Below are positions 48,801 to 60,493 of a stretch of DNA of 64,000 nucleotides, one piece after another. The notes below the pieces were generated by a model. The model saw only the letters and a program-made list of their open reading frames with translations, was not told the DNA's origin and searched no databases. The stretch spans positions 52,999-116,998 of the forward strand of contig JAUCBJ010001948.1 of assembly GCA_032718475.1 (NCBI GenBank), given 5' to 3'. How positions within the stretch are numbered: position 1 is the stretch's first letter; the number at the start of each line of letters is the position of its first letter. Both the position numbers and the translations under genes were made by a program. This DNA comes from Nemertoderma westbladi (taxonomy: Eukaryota; Animalia; Xenacoelomorpha).

Positions 48801-51318
48801 GCTTATTTTACTAAGCGAGGTATTGTTAGTTCAGCTGGTAAATTATTTGACCCGTTAGGTTTATTATTACCCGTGACTATTGGTATACGTATATTAATTC
48901 AACAATTGTGGAAATTAAATATCGGTTGGGATAAAGTTATCCCAGACGATATTGCAACACAGTGGTCAAAACAAGTTTCTGATATCAATTTACTTTCATC
49001 ATTTTCAGTCAAACGTCAATTGACTTTAAGTAATGGTGCATGTTTACATTGTTTTTGCGATGCCTCTAAAACGGCATATGGTGCAGTTGTTTATTGTGTG
49101 AACAACCAAAACTCTGACTTAGTCATAGCTAGAGCTAAAGTTGTCCCCGTTAAGTGTAAAGCCCCTTCCCTTCCCAAACTCGAACTCACTGCATTATCCA
49201 TTGGCGCAAGACTTTTGGTGTACATTACACAGGTATTTAGTTTCCAATTCATTCCAGCCAATATCTTTTTATGGTCAGATAGTGAAATAGCTCTACACTG
49301 GACAATGAATGGTTGTGTTAATAACGTCTATGTAAAGAATCGTGTGGATGAAATTCACCAACTATGTCCTAATGCAATATTTCGCTATGTACCAACTAAG
49401 GACAATCCGGCAGACATGCTAACTAGAGGTATTACTGCTATCAAATTATTGTCCTCCGATTTTTGGACTTGTGGGCCGGTCTGGTTGATGTGCGTTTCTG
49501 ATTGGCCAATTCAAAAAATTGTTTTCAAGGAAGAAACGGTTGCTATGGATACCACGGTTAGCTCTTTACCTACGTTGGATGAAACAGGTTCTGATGTTGA
49601 TGACGTCATCAACATATCAGATTATAGTGACTATAATAAACTCTTACGTGTTACTGCATTGGTATTGCGTTTTGTTCGCCGCCTAAAGGATAGTTTTACT
49701 AATAACAGTCACAAACGTGTATATCCCACAATTGCGCCGGTCGGAGGAGGGAAAGTTCTTTCTAGTCCACTTACAGTAAACGATATCGTATTAGCAGAGA
49801 TATTCCTATTGCGACGCGTACAAAGCAATATATTTAGTAAAGAGAGCAATTATTTACTATCTCTTAATTATTCTAGTACTGAGAAAGGTAAAATACCCCC
49901 GTTAGTGCGTCAGTTACGGTTATTCCTAGATGACGACAATATTATACGTTCTAGAGGTCGTATTGAACATTCTAATATTCCTTGGCAAACTAAGTTCCCC
50001 GCGATACTTCCAAGCAAACATATTTTCACTGAACTGATTATATTATCCACTCATAAGTTTAATTTCCATTGCGGTCTGTCTGACACCATCGTTCAGTTAC
50101 GCCAGCGTTGGTGGATTCCACAGATAAGACAGAGAGTTCGTTCTATTATTCGTCCGTGTGCGACGTGTAATCGTGTTATTGGTCGACCTTATCCAGTACC
50201 GCCACCTCCACCACTTCCTGAGTTTCGGGTTTCAGGTTCCGTTCCATTCGAAACTACTGTCTTAGACTACACTGGTCATATATTACTCAGAGATCGCACC
50301 AAAGCCTACATAGCTTTGTTTACTTGCACTACTGTTAGAGCTGTACGATTAGAAGTAGTGCCAGATAATTCTACTGAATCATTCTTGTTCGCATTACGAC
50401 GTTTTACCGCTCGTTCTGGTTGTCCGTCTCGGTTGCTAAGCGACAACCAATCCGCCTTTATTTCAGCTGATTTAGATCTAAAGACTGTACATTCTACAGC
50501 AACTGTTCAAAATTATTTATTATCACGACGTATGATTTGGACTTTTATTCCAGTTGCCTCACCTTGGATGGGAGGATTCTGGGAACGGTTGATCGGTATT
50601 GCTAAGATTGTACCAAAGAAAGTGTTAGGTCGAGCTTATATTACTTATCAAGAGTTGGTTACTGTAGCCTATGAAGTTGAAGCTTACATGAATGACAGAC
50701 CCCTTACTTACGTTACTGCGGATAGGGACGAGCCCTTACCCCTGACACCTTCTCAACTCCTATATGGTCGTCGTCTAACTGGGTTGCCTTTACCCCTCAT
50801 CGATAAGGATTTTAATAAAGATCCTTCTTATGGTGAGAGACGATCCCTTACTAAACGTCATCAGCGTGTTATCACACTTATTTCTGATTGCTGGTCACGT
50901 TGGAACCATGAGTATTTAACTTCTTTCTTTACGAGAGTTCCATCGATGGAATTCTTCTGAACCCAAACATATCCCAAAAGTAGGAGATATCGTCCTAGTT
51001 GGTTCCCGTAGACCCCGCATGCAATGGCCTCTCGGCAAGGTCATTGAACTCTTTCCTAGTAAAGACGGATGGATACGTTCTGTATCCGTAAAGACCCAAA
51101 CTGGACTCTCTAAACGTCCTATCAAACTCTTGTACCCTCTAGAGTGTCCCGTTTCACCATTAGTGGATCTATCGGATGTCCCAATTGTCCCACCGATTCG
51201 TTCACCGCAAGTTAACACTACAAAACCCCATCGTGTAGCCGCAATACGATCCCGTGAGAAACTGAAAGAATATTACGAGGATGTTTCGAATAGCGATTCA
51301 TCAGTCTCAGAGATATAG
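45801..51318 (+). CDS. Bel/Pao gag-pol polyprotein; one frameshift near 50920 separates the last ~130 aa
   Basis: LPSFSG..WPNFWDRF Gag, triple CCHC, LLDPGS, LRIVFN, DIEKAFLQI, YVDN, FCDAS, NPAD, HHCC/DDE integrase. After YLTS the native tail (LREFH..KVGDIVL..WPLGKV..DGWIRSV) continues in another frame (TTCT duplication). Confidence 0.93.
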
Positions 51319-52648
51319 ATTTATATTTTCTATGTAAACTATTTTAGTTGATATATTGTGCTATGTTTCAAAGTTCATTAGTATATGTTATGCAATTTGA
51401 GTTATTTTCTGTATGTGTTATTTTCTTACAATTAGTTTTTGGGGGAATTATTGAGTTATTTACTGTATGTGTTAAATTTCTTATGATTAGTTTATTGAGG
51501 AAATATTTACTTAGTTTATTCCTTGGCTGGCGGGAATGTACAAAATATTATTTCATTATGTATTTTGTTATATAAGAAAGCGTTTGTTTTTGAATCTCGC
51601 TCTTCTTTTAAGTTATTTTTAGTATGACGTAAGTAATTATCCGATTACAGTCATTCTGATATGAAGTGGGTACCGGTTTATGTTTTTATTATTATTCTTT
51701 TAACTTGCTTATGACTACGTTGATTTCTGCTGTGTATGTCTGTCATGGTGTCAGTAAATAGGCCTAAACAACATGTATGTATGCTATACCCTTAATTGAA
51801 TAAATGAATCAGGAAGTATTTTTACTTAACCCCTTATTATATAAATCGCTCTCCCAAATGCTATCAAACACATACGCGGTAACAACAAACCATCGCGTTT
51901 ATTTTAAGTCTGGAAATCGCAACTACCCTGTGTTATTTCGGGACACATAGCAACAAATTTAACAAAAGGTTACATACATGTTGGGTTCATGACGAGTGAA
52001 AATTGATCGTGTAATATATACTAAATTTAAGGTCGGGCTGGCTCTCCTCCACTGCCTTACCCAATGGAAATGTTGTTGTTATAATCTAATATTGGGGCGG
52101 CTTCCTCTTGGTTGATCCATGAGCACATGAACTGAAAAATAAAGAGGAAATACCTTTTATCCCGATGATACCTGCAGGTTAATTAGTAATAGGGCAGTTC
52201 TTCTAATGTTGGCCGATCTTTCATAAATCGTCAAAAGCCAATCACAGTCAAGAATTAATTCGAACGATTCTTATTGGTTGTAGCCGTTAAATTGGTTGCA
52301 ATGGGTTGCTTTGAAAAGTAAACACTTCCTACTGCAAAACAGCTGATCCTTCAAACTGTCTGACGTTTGCGGTAGGCTAAATTAAACACGTCCAAATCAA
52401 AGTAATATTAGAAATACAGAAATATAGGATAAACCAATATTATTTACTCCTTCAAGGAATACTACTAACGAGATTTCTAATACGAATAACACCCACCCAT
52501 GACATAACACATACCGGAAATACAAAGTAAAGTAAAGTTATTGGTTAAATGTGAAACACGAAACTACCAGAGGAACAGCCCTAAAGGCTCTGTATTAATG
52601 GATTCTATGTAAAACAACTCGAACTCCTAAGGGTCAATCTAAACATCA

Positions 52649-53644
52649 ATGGCTACATTCTCCACTCGCAACAGTACTAATGTATGGGTAGAAGAAATTG
52701 AAGGAAAAGCTAACGAAGAATTTACAAAGAATCAAAGCGCATTTCCAGATGGATTCGTTAGATACCAACCGAGTGGACAAGTTCTCCCCAGAATATTCAC
52801 AACAGAATATCAACAAAAAATATTTGAATTTCCTGTTCTAGAGGACGACGTCTTCATTTGTACCTTTCTAAAATGCGGCACAACTTGGACGCAAGAAATG
52901 GCTTGGTGTATCATGAATGACGTTAATATCGAACTTGCCAAAAAAGTAAACTTAGAGAGGAGAGCTCCGCATTTGGAATTGTCCAAAATAATTACGGATG
53001 AAATTTTTGTAAAGGTTATTAATGGAACCAGTCATGAAGAAAGTGATACGAGAATATATACATCTTCGATAGAATTAACGGAATCAAAATCTTCACCAAG
53101 AGTTATTAAAACCCACATGTCCATAGATATGCTTCCTTATGAGATTGGAGAAAAGCAACCCAAAATCATTCACGTTATACGTAATCCCAGAGACACATGT
53201 GTGTCTCTGTTTTACCATTGGAAGTTGGTGGCTGGTTACACTGGATCCTGGGACGCCTTCTTCAACGCATTCGTCAATGATGTTTGCGGCTACTATACTC
53301 CAGCTTTGCAGCATTATCTTGGATATTGGAGAATTAGAGACAGAGAAAATGTGTTGCTTCTTAGGTTTGAAGATATGAAGGGAGATCTTGTAGGTTCCAT
53401 CAAGAAAACAGCTGATTTTCTTGGGAAATCTCTAACTGAAGAACAGATCGTTAACTTGGAAGATCATCTGACATTCAAAAGCATGAAAGCTAATATGGCT
53501 GTTAATAAACGAAAGGGGATGTTTTTAAGGAAAGGAGAAATCGGAGATTGGAAGAATCACTTTAGTAAAGAACAGATTGCGACAATGGATCAGTGGGAGA
53601 AAGAAAACTTGGAAGGAACTGGGTTGGAGTTCGTTTATGATTGA
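52649..53644 (+). CDS. Cytosolic PAPS-dependent sulfotransferase (SULT family), single exon
   Basis: 5'PSB TFLKCGTTW, IKTH, 3'PB RNPRD..VS, C-terminal RKGEIGDWKNHFS; 331 aa. Confidence 0.93.
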   Translation: MATFSTRNSTNVWVEEIEGKANEEFTKNQSAFPDGFVRYQPSGQVLPRIFTTEYQQKIFEFPVLEDDVFICTFLKCGTTWTQEMAWCIMNDVNIELAKKVNLERRAPHLELSKIITDEIFVKVINGTSHEESDTRIYTSSIELTESKSSPRVIKTHMSIDMLPYEIGEKQPKIIHVIRNPRDTCVSLFYHWKLVAGYTGSWDAFFNAFVNDVCGYYTPALQHYLGYWRIRDRENVLLLRFEDMKGDLVGSIKKTADFLGKSLTEEQIVNLEDHLTFKSMKANMAVNKRKGMFLRKGEIGDWKNHFSKEQIATMDQWEKENLEGTGLEFVYD

Positions 53645-54845
53645 ATGAGATACAATTTGGGACATATTATTTAAACTTAAATAAGTGTTACATAATACAT
53701 ACAGTAAGTAATAGCAATTTTAATATTAATAAGTAATAGTAATTACTGAGATGAAAATAATTGTATATGTTCTAGTCTAGATATTTTATGTATGGCAATA
53801 TGATACAATGATATTTGTTATGTATAATTAAGCAATACCATAGTGAAAGTCAACCCTCCAGTCTATTGGCATTACAGGTTGCGTTGCCTGCCACCGCAAT
53901 CATAAGGCAGGTCTACTATAATCTGCATGCTGCATTACAGCTGCATACCCCTTTCCCTCTATTTTTTAAGTCCGGGCCAGATATACTAAGTCCAGCCCGG
54001 AGATACTATCTCAGGCCCGGAGATACTAAGTCCGGCCCAGAGATACTAAGTCTGGGCCAGAGATAATAAGTCCGGCCCGGAGATACTAAATCCGGCCCGG
54101 ACATACTAAGTCCGGCCCGGAGATACTATATCAGGCCCGGAGATACTAAGTCCGGCCCGGAGATACTAAGTCCGGCCCGGAGATACTAAGTCCGGCCCGG
54201 AGATACTATCTCAGGCCCGGAGATATTAAGTCCGGCCCGGAGATACTATCTCAGGCCCTAAGTCTGGCCTGGAGGGAAATTCAATTTGAGTATTAAGTGG
54301 GACTGGCAAACTGGGGTGGGGTGGTGTACTGGCTGACTCGCTAATTGCCTCCAGTCCATCACCAGTCAGCCAGTAGTCATTCTGTCATTTTCACTAGCTG
54401 CGTTACTGATTTTACTTTAATGCTACCTTACTCCTATCTCACAAATAGAAATGTGAAACTCAATTTCCATGTTCCCGTCAATATGTCTGTACTTGTAGAA
54501 CAGCCTTTGATCTGGAATTGAGAACCCAGTTAGCTGATTGGCTGCAATTTGTTTCTGTTGATTGCTGTATCAGCGCTATAGCGTCTATGAACCTGTTCTG
54601 TATTTTATCTCCGGGCCGGACTTAGTATCTCAGGGCCTGAGATAGTATCTCCGGGCCGGACTTAGTATCTCAGGGCCTGAGATAGTATCTCCGGGCCTGA
54701 GATACTATCTCCGGGCCGGACTTAGTATCTCAGGGCCGGACTTAGTATCTCAGGGCCTGAGATAGTATCTCCGGGCCGGACTTAGTATCTCAGGGCCGGA
54801 CTTAGTATCTCACGGCCTGAGATAGTATCTCCGGGCCGGACTTAG

Positions 54846-56611
54846 GGTTATATTGAAAAATATCGAGACATGAAAAATATCGAGAGTAAAAATAACGCGA
54901 GTAAAAACATCGCGTGTTGAAAAGTAACGATAATATCGAGAGTTCAAAAAATATCGAGAGTAAAAATATCGAGGGTAAAAATATCGAGAGTAAAAATATC
55001 GAGGGTAAAAATATCGAGAGTAAAAATATCGAGTGTTGAAAAATATCGAGAGTAAAAATATCGAGTGTTGAAAAATATCGAGAGTAAAAATATCGAGAGT
55101 AAAAATATGGAGTGTTGAAAAATATCGAGAGTAAAAATATGGAGTGTTGAAAAATATCGAGAGTAAAAATATCGAGTGTTGAAAAATATCGAGAGTAAAA
55201 ATATTGAGTGTTAAAAAATATCGACAGTAAAAATATCGAGTGTTGAAAAATATCGAGAGTAAAAATATCGAGTGTTGAAAAATATCGAGAGTAAAAATAT
55301 CGAGTGTTGAAAAATATCGAGAGTAAAAATATGGAGTGTTGAAAAATATCGAGTGTTGAAAAATATCGAGTGTTGAAAAATATCGAGTGTTGAAAAATAT
55401 CGAGTGTTGAAAAATATCGAGAGTAAAAATATCGAGTGTTAAAAAATATCGACAGTAAAAATATCGAGTGTTGAAAAATATCGAGAGTAAAAATTTCGAG
55501 TGTTGAAAAATATCGAGAGTAAAAATATAGAGTGTTGAAAAATATCGAGAGTAAAAATATCGAGTGTTGAAAAATATCGAGTGTTGAAAAATATCGAGTG
55601 TTGAAAAATATCGAGTGTTGAAAAATATCGAGTGTTGAAAAATATCGAGTGTTGAAAAATATCGAGTGTTGAAAAATATAGAGTGTTGTAAAATATCGAG
55701 AGTAAAAATATCGATAGTAACAATTTTTTTAAATAAGGGTTGTATGATAATTTTTTTTACTAAAAATGTTCTACAGTAGAACAACAATATTTATCAACAT
55801 TTGGTAGCTTATACAGTACGTGTTCTAATATAATATTTAACAATATTTATAATATTTATCAACATTTATAGCTAGCACTTCTTTTATAATATTTATTAAA
55901 AAAATAGCAAAAACTAGCTAGTATAATAAATCTGGTAAATGGGTACCCAAGGTGTATTACATACCGGTAATGCCATTCACTTGCACTTGCACTGTTGTAA
56001 CCCATGCACTGCAATATTGTTCCATAATTCTAAATAAAATGCTCAAGCAAAATGCAATATTTTTTACTCTCGATATTTTTCAACACTCGATATTTTTACT
56101 CTCGATATTTATCAACACTCGATATTTTCAACACTCATTATTTTTACTCTCGATATTTTTCAACACTCGATATTTTTACTCTCGATATTTTTACTCTCGA
56201 TATTTTTCAACACTCGATATTTTTACTCTCGATATTTTTACTCTCGATATTTTTCAACACTCGATATTTTTCAACACTCGATATTTTTACTCTCGATATT
56301 TTTCAACACTCGATATTTTTACTCTCGAAATTTTTCAACACTCGATATTTTTACTCTCGATATTTTTCAACACTCGATATTTTTACTCTCGATATTTTTC
56401 AACACACGATATTTTTACTCTCGATATTTTTCAACACTCGATATTTTTCAACACTCGTTATTTTCGATATTTTTCATCTCGCGTTATTTTTACTCTCGAT
56501 ATTTTTTAAACACGTTAACTTTCAACACTCGTTATTTTTACTCTCGATATTTTTACTCTCGTTATTTTTACTCTCGATAGTTTTCAAGTCTCGATATTTT
56601 TCACCATTACC
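54846..56611. mobile_element. Nested foldback element with inverted arrays of 15/18-bp units (AAAAATATCGAGAGT / AAAAATATCGAGTGTTG)
   Basis: Array 54855-55720 mirrored by 56058-56600; termini GGT...TGAAAAATATCGAGAC; near-TSD GGACTTAG/GGACTTAA. Confidence 0.8.
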
Positions 56612-56976
56612 GGACTTAATATCTTAGTGCCTGAGATATTATCTCCGGGCCGGACTTAGTATCCTAGGGCCTGAGATAGTATCTCCGGGCCGGACGTAGT
56701 ATCTCAGGGCCTGATATAGTATCTCCGGGCCGGACTTAGTATCTCAGGGCCTGAGATGGTATCTCCAGGCCGGACTTAGTATCTCAGGGCCTGAGATAGT
56801 ATCTTCGGGCCGGACTTAATATCTTAGGGCCTGATATATTTTCTCCGGGCCGGACTTAGTATCCTAGGGCCTGAGATAGTATCTCCGGGCCGGACGTAGT
56901 ATCTCAGGGCCTGAGATAGTATCTCCGGGCCGGACTTAGTATCTCCGGGCCACACTTAGTATCTCAGGGCCTGAGA

Positions 56977-57100
56977 TTTTTTTTTTAACTCTTTAAGTCT
57001 CATTTATTCACATAGATAATAAAACGTTAATGTTAAACAATACCCACCACCAGCTGACGTTACTAGGCAACCAATGTAGGAGGGAAATTTAAATATTTAT
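56977..57100 (-). mobile_element. Short 5'-truncated poly(A) retroposed insertion in the 20-bp array
   Basis: Minus strand ends AATAAA...A-run; flanked by TCAGGGCCTGAGAT on both sides. Confidence 0.55.
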
Positions 57101-57624
57101 TCAGGGCCTGAGATAGTATCTCCTGGCCGGACTTAGTATCTCTGGGCCGAACTTAGTATCTCAGGGCCTGAGATAGTATCTCCGGGCCGGACTTAGTATC
57201 TCAGGGCCTGAGATAGTATCTCCGGGCCGGACTTAGTATCTCCGGGCCGCGCTTAGTATCTCAGGGCCTGAGATAGTATCTCCGGGGCGGACTTTGTATC
57301 TCTGGGCCGCACTTAGTATCTCAGGGCCTGAGATAGTATCTCCGGGCCGGACTTAGTATCTCAGGGCCTGAGATAGTATCTCCGAGCCGGACTTAGTATC
57401 TTAGGGCCTGAGATAGTATCTCCGGGCCGGACTTAGTATCTCCGGGCTGCACTTAGTACTGTATCTCAGGGCCTGAGATAGTATCTCTGGGCCGGACTTA
57501 GTATCTCCGGGCTGGACTTAGTATCTCCGGGCTGCAGATAGTATCTCCGGGCCGGACTTAGTATCTCTGGGCCGGACTTAGGAAAAAAAAAAGGGGAAAC
57601 CCATGTCCCTTTAGGGGCTCCGTA

Positions 57625-58480
57625 GCTGCAATATAAGAATGCTAGGCCGGCATTCTCTTCAATGCGAGAGCAATATCCTGCGGATCGCGGGTGTCATTGT
57701 TCGTGTCAACCAATTAGACACTTCAATGTTATATAGTGTCTGATTGGAGATGTGCACATTGTATTTGGCAGAGAACCAGCGTGGCATTATTTTTTGTGTG
57801 CCAACCAGAGATTTGGTTGCCTTGCCAGTGTTTAGACCTGCATGGACTCACATGAGTTTACTGGTTCTACTGCTGCTCTAAATAATCGAAGCTTGAGATT
57901 CCATTTTATTGTATGGGAATTCCAAATCCTGCTATTACCTTCCCCTTATGTATGCGAAGGTTCCTTACTTCCGGATCCATGATCCAAAGTAGACGTCGTC
58001 GTATGCAATATCAATGAAGCATGCCATCCTTAGAGCTAATGCTCATAGATTCCGACATTTCCCGAGGCTCCTGAGGTTCCCGAGGTCCCGAGGACTGTCG
58101 AAGTTAACTGTCCAAATCTTGGTATTCTTAGAAGTAACCAAAACACTAACACCTAACACTATAGAAGCAGTCTGCTCTAAAGAGCTGAGATGCCATTAGG
58201 CTCCCTCTAGTAGTACTCATAAGTCATCAGCAAAGTCTAGATCAGCAAGATGCCTGGCTGGATTTCCTCAACTCGGAGCCAATATTGGGTGTCACCATCA
58301 CCCCCACATTTATTATGATCGTCGAAGGACATGCAAATGGTGCAAGTGTGTTACCCTGAAGAACTCAACATTTCGAATGGGTCTATGTCAGCATGCGTTG
58401 GACACAAATGTTGTGGAACCAACCAACAGTTTTTAATTCTGATTGTTGCAATAATCAGATATTCCCCTGTGCTATATGGT
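57625..58480 (-). mobile_element. Degenerate RTE-like LINE related to 11703-13847; its terminal ~30 bp lie at 53913-53945
   Basis: Reverse complement matches GATCTAGA.TTTGCTGATGACTTA, CACACTTGCACCATT and GCCGGC..AGCATTCTTA of the first LINE; GCAGCTG.AATGCAGCA..TAGTAG is found on the far side of the foldback element. Confidence 0.75.
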
Positions 58481-58558
58481 CGATTCCATGGTGTCGAACG
58501 TTTGGGCTGTTTTTCTATTAAGAAGATAGTTCCGTTTTTACTATTTGTAGGCTAAACA

Positions 58559-59130
58559 TGTGACGGGATCCACTGAGGATCCCGGTTTATCCGGTTTCTA
58601 ATTTACGCGTCCCCGCCGTGTGTATGTGAAAGAGTTCTGAGTTATTGATTGATCGGTGTATATAGGTTCAAGGATAATATAATAAAATGATAATAGCACG
58701 AATAGTTTATATTTGATGCAGTGTACCGGTAAATGATATATATTGCTGACAGCAGACGGAGACGGTAATTAGAGTTCTGGTACCGTCCAAACTAACTGAC
58801 TTACTACAAGTGAATGAATGATACACCGACATGGTAATATATCGCACCGGTTGACCGCATTACACTACTCAGCCGATGCCTTCCCCCCATTGGCTAATAA
58901 CTCACTTGTCACCCTCCCATTTCCCTGGGTGTACTTCCCCCCGCTGCTGTCTCTCTCTCCCTCCCGGAGGTGTAACCTCTGACCCCCATTGTGTGTATGT
59001 CCTCTTGGGGCCTAGTGTTGCCCCGCTTATTGGGGTGATACAAGGTTGATTGGTAATCAACCTTGTAGTTCCAATATTGCTTAACGCCAACTTTATGGGG
59101 GTTGGTGTGGCGGAATTGAATACGCTCACA
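58559..59130 (-). repeat. Putative 3' LTR of element 4 (~572 bp)
   Basis: TGTGA...TCACA inverted termini immediately after a polypurine tract; partner LTR not in window. Confidence 0.6.
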
Positions 59131-60493
59131 CTCCCCCCCCCATGCTATCTTCCCGGTGAGAAGATAGCATCAACCTCAAGTGCGCTTCAATTCCGCTGGA
59201 ACTCGATCTACTATCGGGTGTGGGGTGGAATTATTTTCTTGGAGTCGGCTTTCCACGCCGCTCCCTATGGGTGTGATATCACTACCATCTGGCGTCTCGT
59301 GTCGGGCCGATCGTGCGCTTCTTTCACACAATTTTTGTTTCCCCAACACTTTCGCCACTCCAACTCCACTCTAACTTCTCCACTCGAACTCTGCTCTAAC
59401 TCTGCTCTAACTCCGCTCTTACTCTCTCCCCACACCTGAATTGCACTCGCCTGTTCTCTCTCTCGCCAGCAGCTCCTCTCCATGCTCCTCTCTACTCTCT
59501 GCCACCCCCTAAGGCCCTAATCTCTAATGCTACCCCTGTGCTATTATACTATCTACCTTACTACTTACTTGCTAACTATCTAACTCTCCTACTCTCTACT
59601 AACTCTCCGACTCTAACTAGCTCTACTAAGTCTAACTCCTACTAACTCTTCTAAGTCTCTAACTCCTAACTCTACTAAGAACTAGAACTCTCTTACTACT
59701 TCCAGCTCTAACTAAAAACCTCTAACTCTCTACTAATTCTAACTAAAAACCCTCTAACTCTCTACTAACTCTAACTCTACTTACTACTTTCTACGTGGCG
59801 CTTGCGGTGCCCACAACCACTCTGCTTACTACTAACTTCCGTCTACGTGGCGCTTGCGGTGCCCACAACCACTCTGCTGCTACCACTTCCATCTACGTGG
59901 CGCTTGCGGTGCCCACAACCACTCTACTATCTGACACCCTATGTGCCCGTCTCTACTACTCTACTACCTGGCACCCTATGTGCCCTCTCTACTACTCCAC
60001 TACCTGGCACCCTATGTGCCCTCTTTACTACTCTGCTACCTCTACGTCTCCACCTCCACTACTACCTCTATCTACGTGGCGTTTGCGGTGCCCACAACCA
60101 CTCTACTACTGCTTTCTACGTGGCGCTTCCGGTGCCCACAACCCCTCTACTACTCGTGGCATGTTAATATACCACACTCCCTATACCCCGCCGCCTTCTA
60201 ACTCTACTTCTACCTTACTTTCTAGCTAATTTTCTGACTACTACTCCTACTAACTCTTCTTACTAACTCCTACTAACTATTATTTAATTATTTATTATTT
60301 GTTTTTAATTAAATAATTATTTTATTCTTATTCGAGTGGGAAGGGCGTCTCGCCCTCATTCCCACCCCCCTCAGTCCAACATATTGGACGACTAAACTCT
60401 CACCGTCTCCCGCTTCTTTCCAGAAGGCACTCTCCCACTGCCTCCTTTATACGTCCTCTTATTCTTCGCCACACTCTCTCCGCCAATTCCAAC

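Larger units (their letters stand above)
45307..51945 (+). mobile_element. Bel/Pao LTR retrotransposon, element 3, very recent, near-intact
   Basis: 409-bp LTRs 45307-45715 and 51537-51945 (TG..CA, no mismatch seen), 5-bp TSD CATAG, PBS at 45719, PPT GGCGGGAA, single gag-pol. Confidence 0.97.
53946..57624. mobile_element. Foldback-type element with inverted arrays of a 20-bp minisatellite (AAGTCCGGCCCGGAGATACT), inserted into a LINE 3' UTR
   Basis: Plus-orientation array ~53968-54270; reverse-orientation arrays ~54608-54845 and ~56612-57580; GCTGCA duplicated at 53940-53945 and 57625-57630. Confidence 0.72.

Noticed and set aside
54810-56627. Long repetitive ORFs (TLDIFQHSIFFNTRYFS...)
   Set aside because: Translations of stop-free 15/18-bp minisatellite arrays.
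53968-57580. CRISPR-like appearance of the 20-bp arrays and of the 59790-60160 repeats
   Set aside because: No unique spacers of constant length, no cas genes, eukaryotic TE context.
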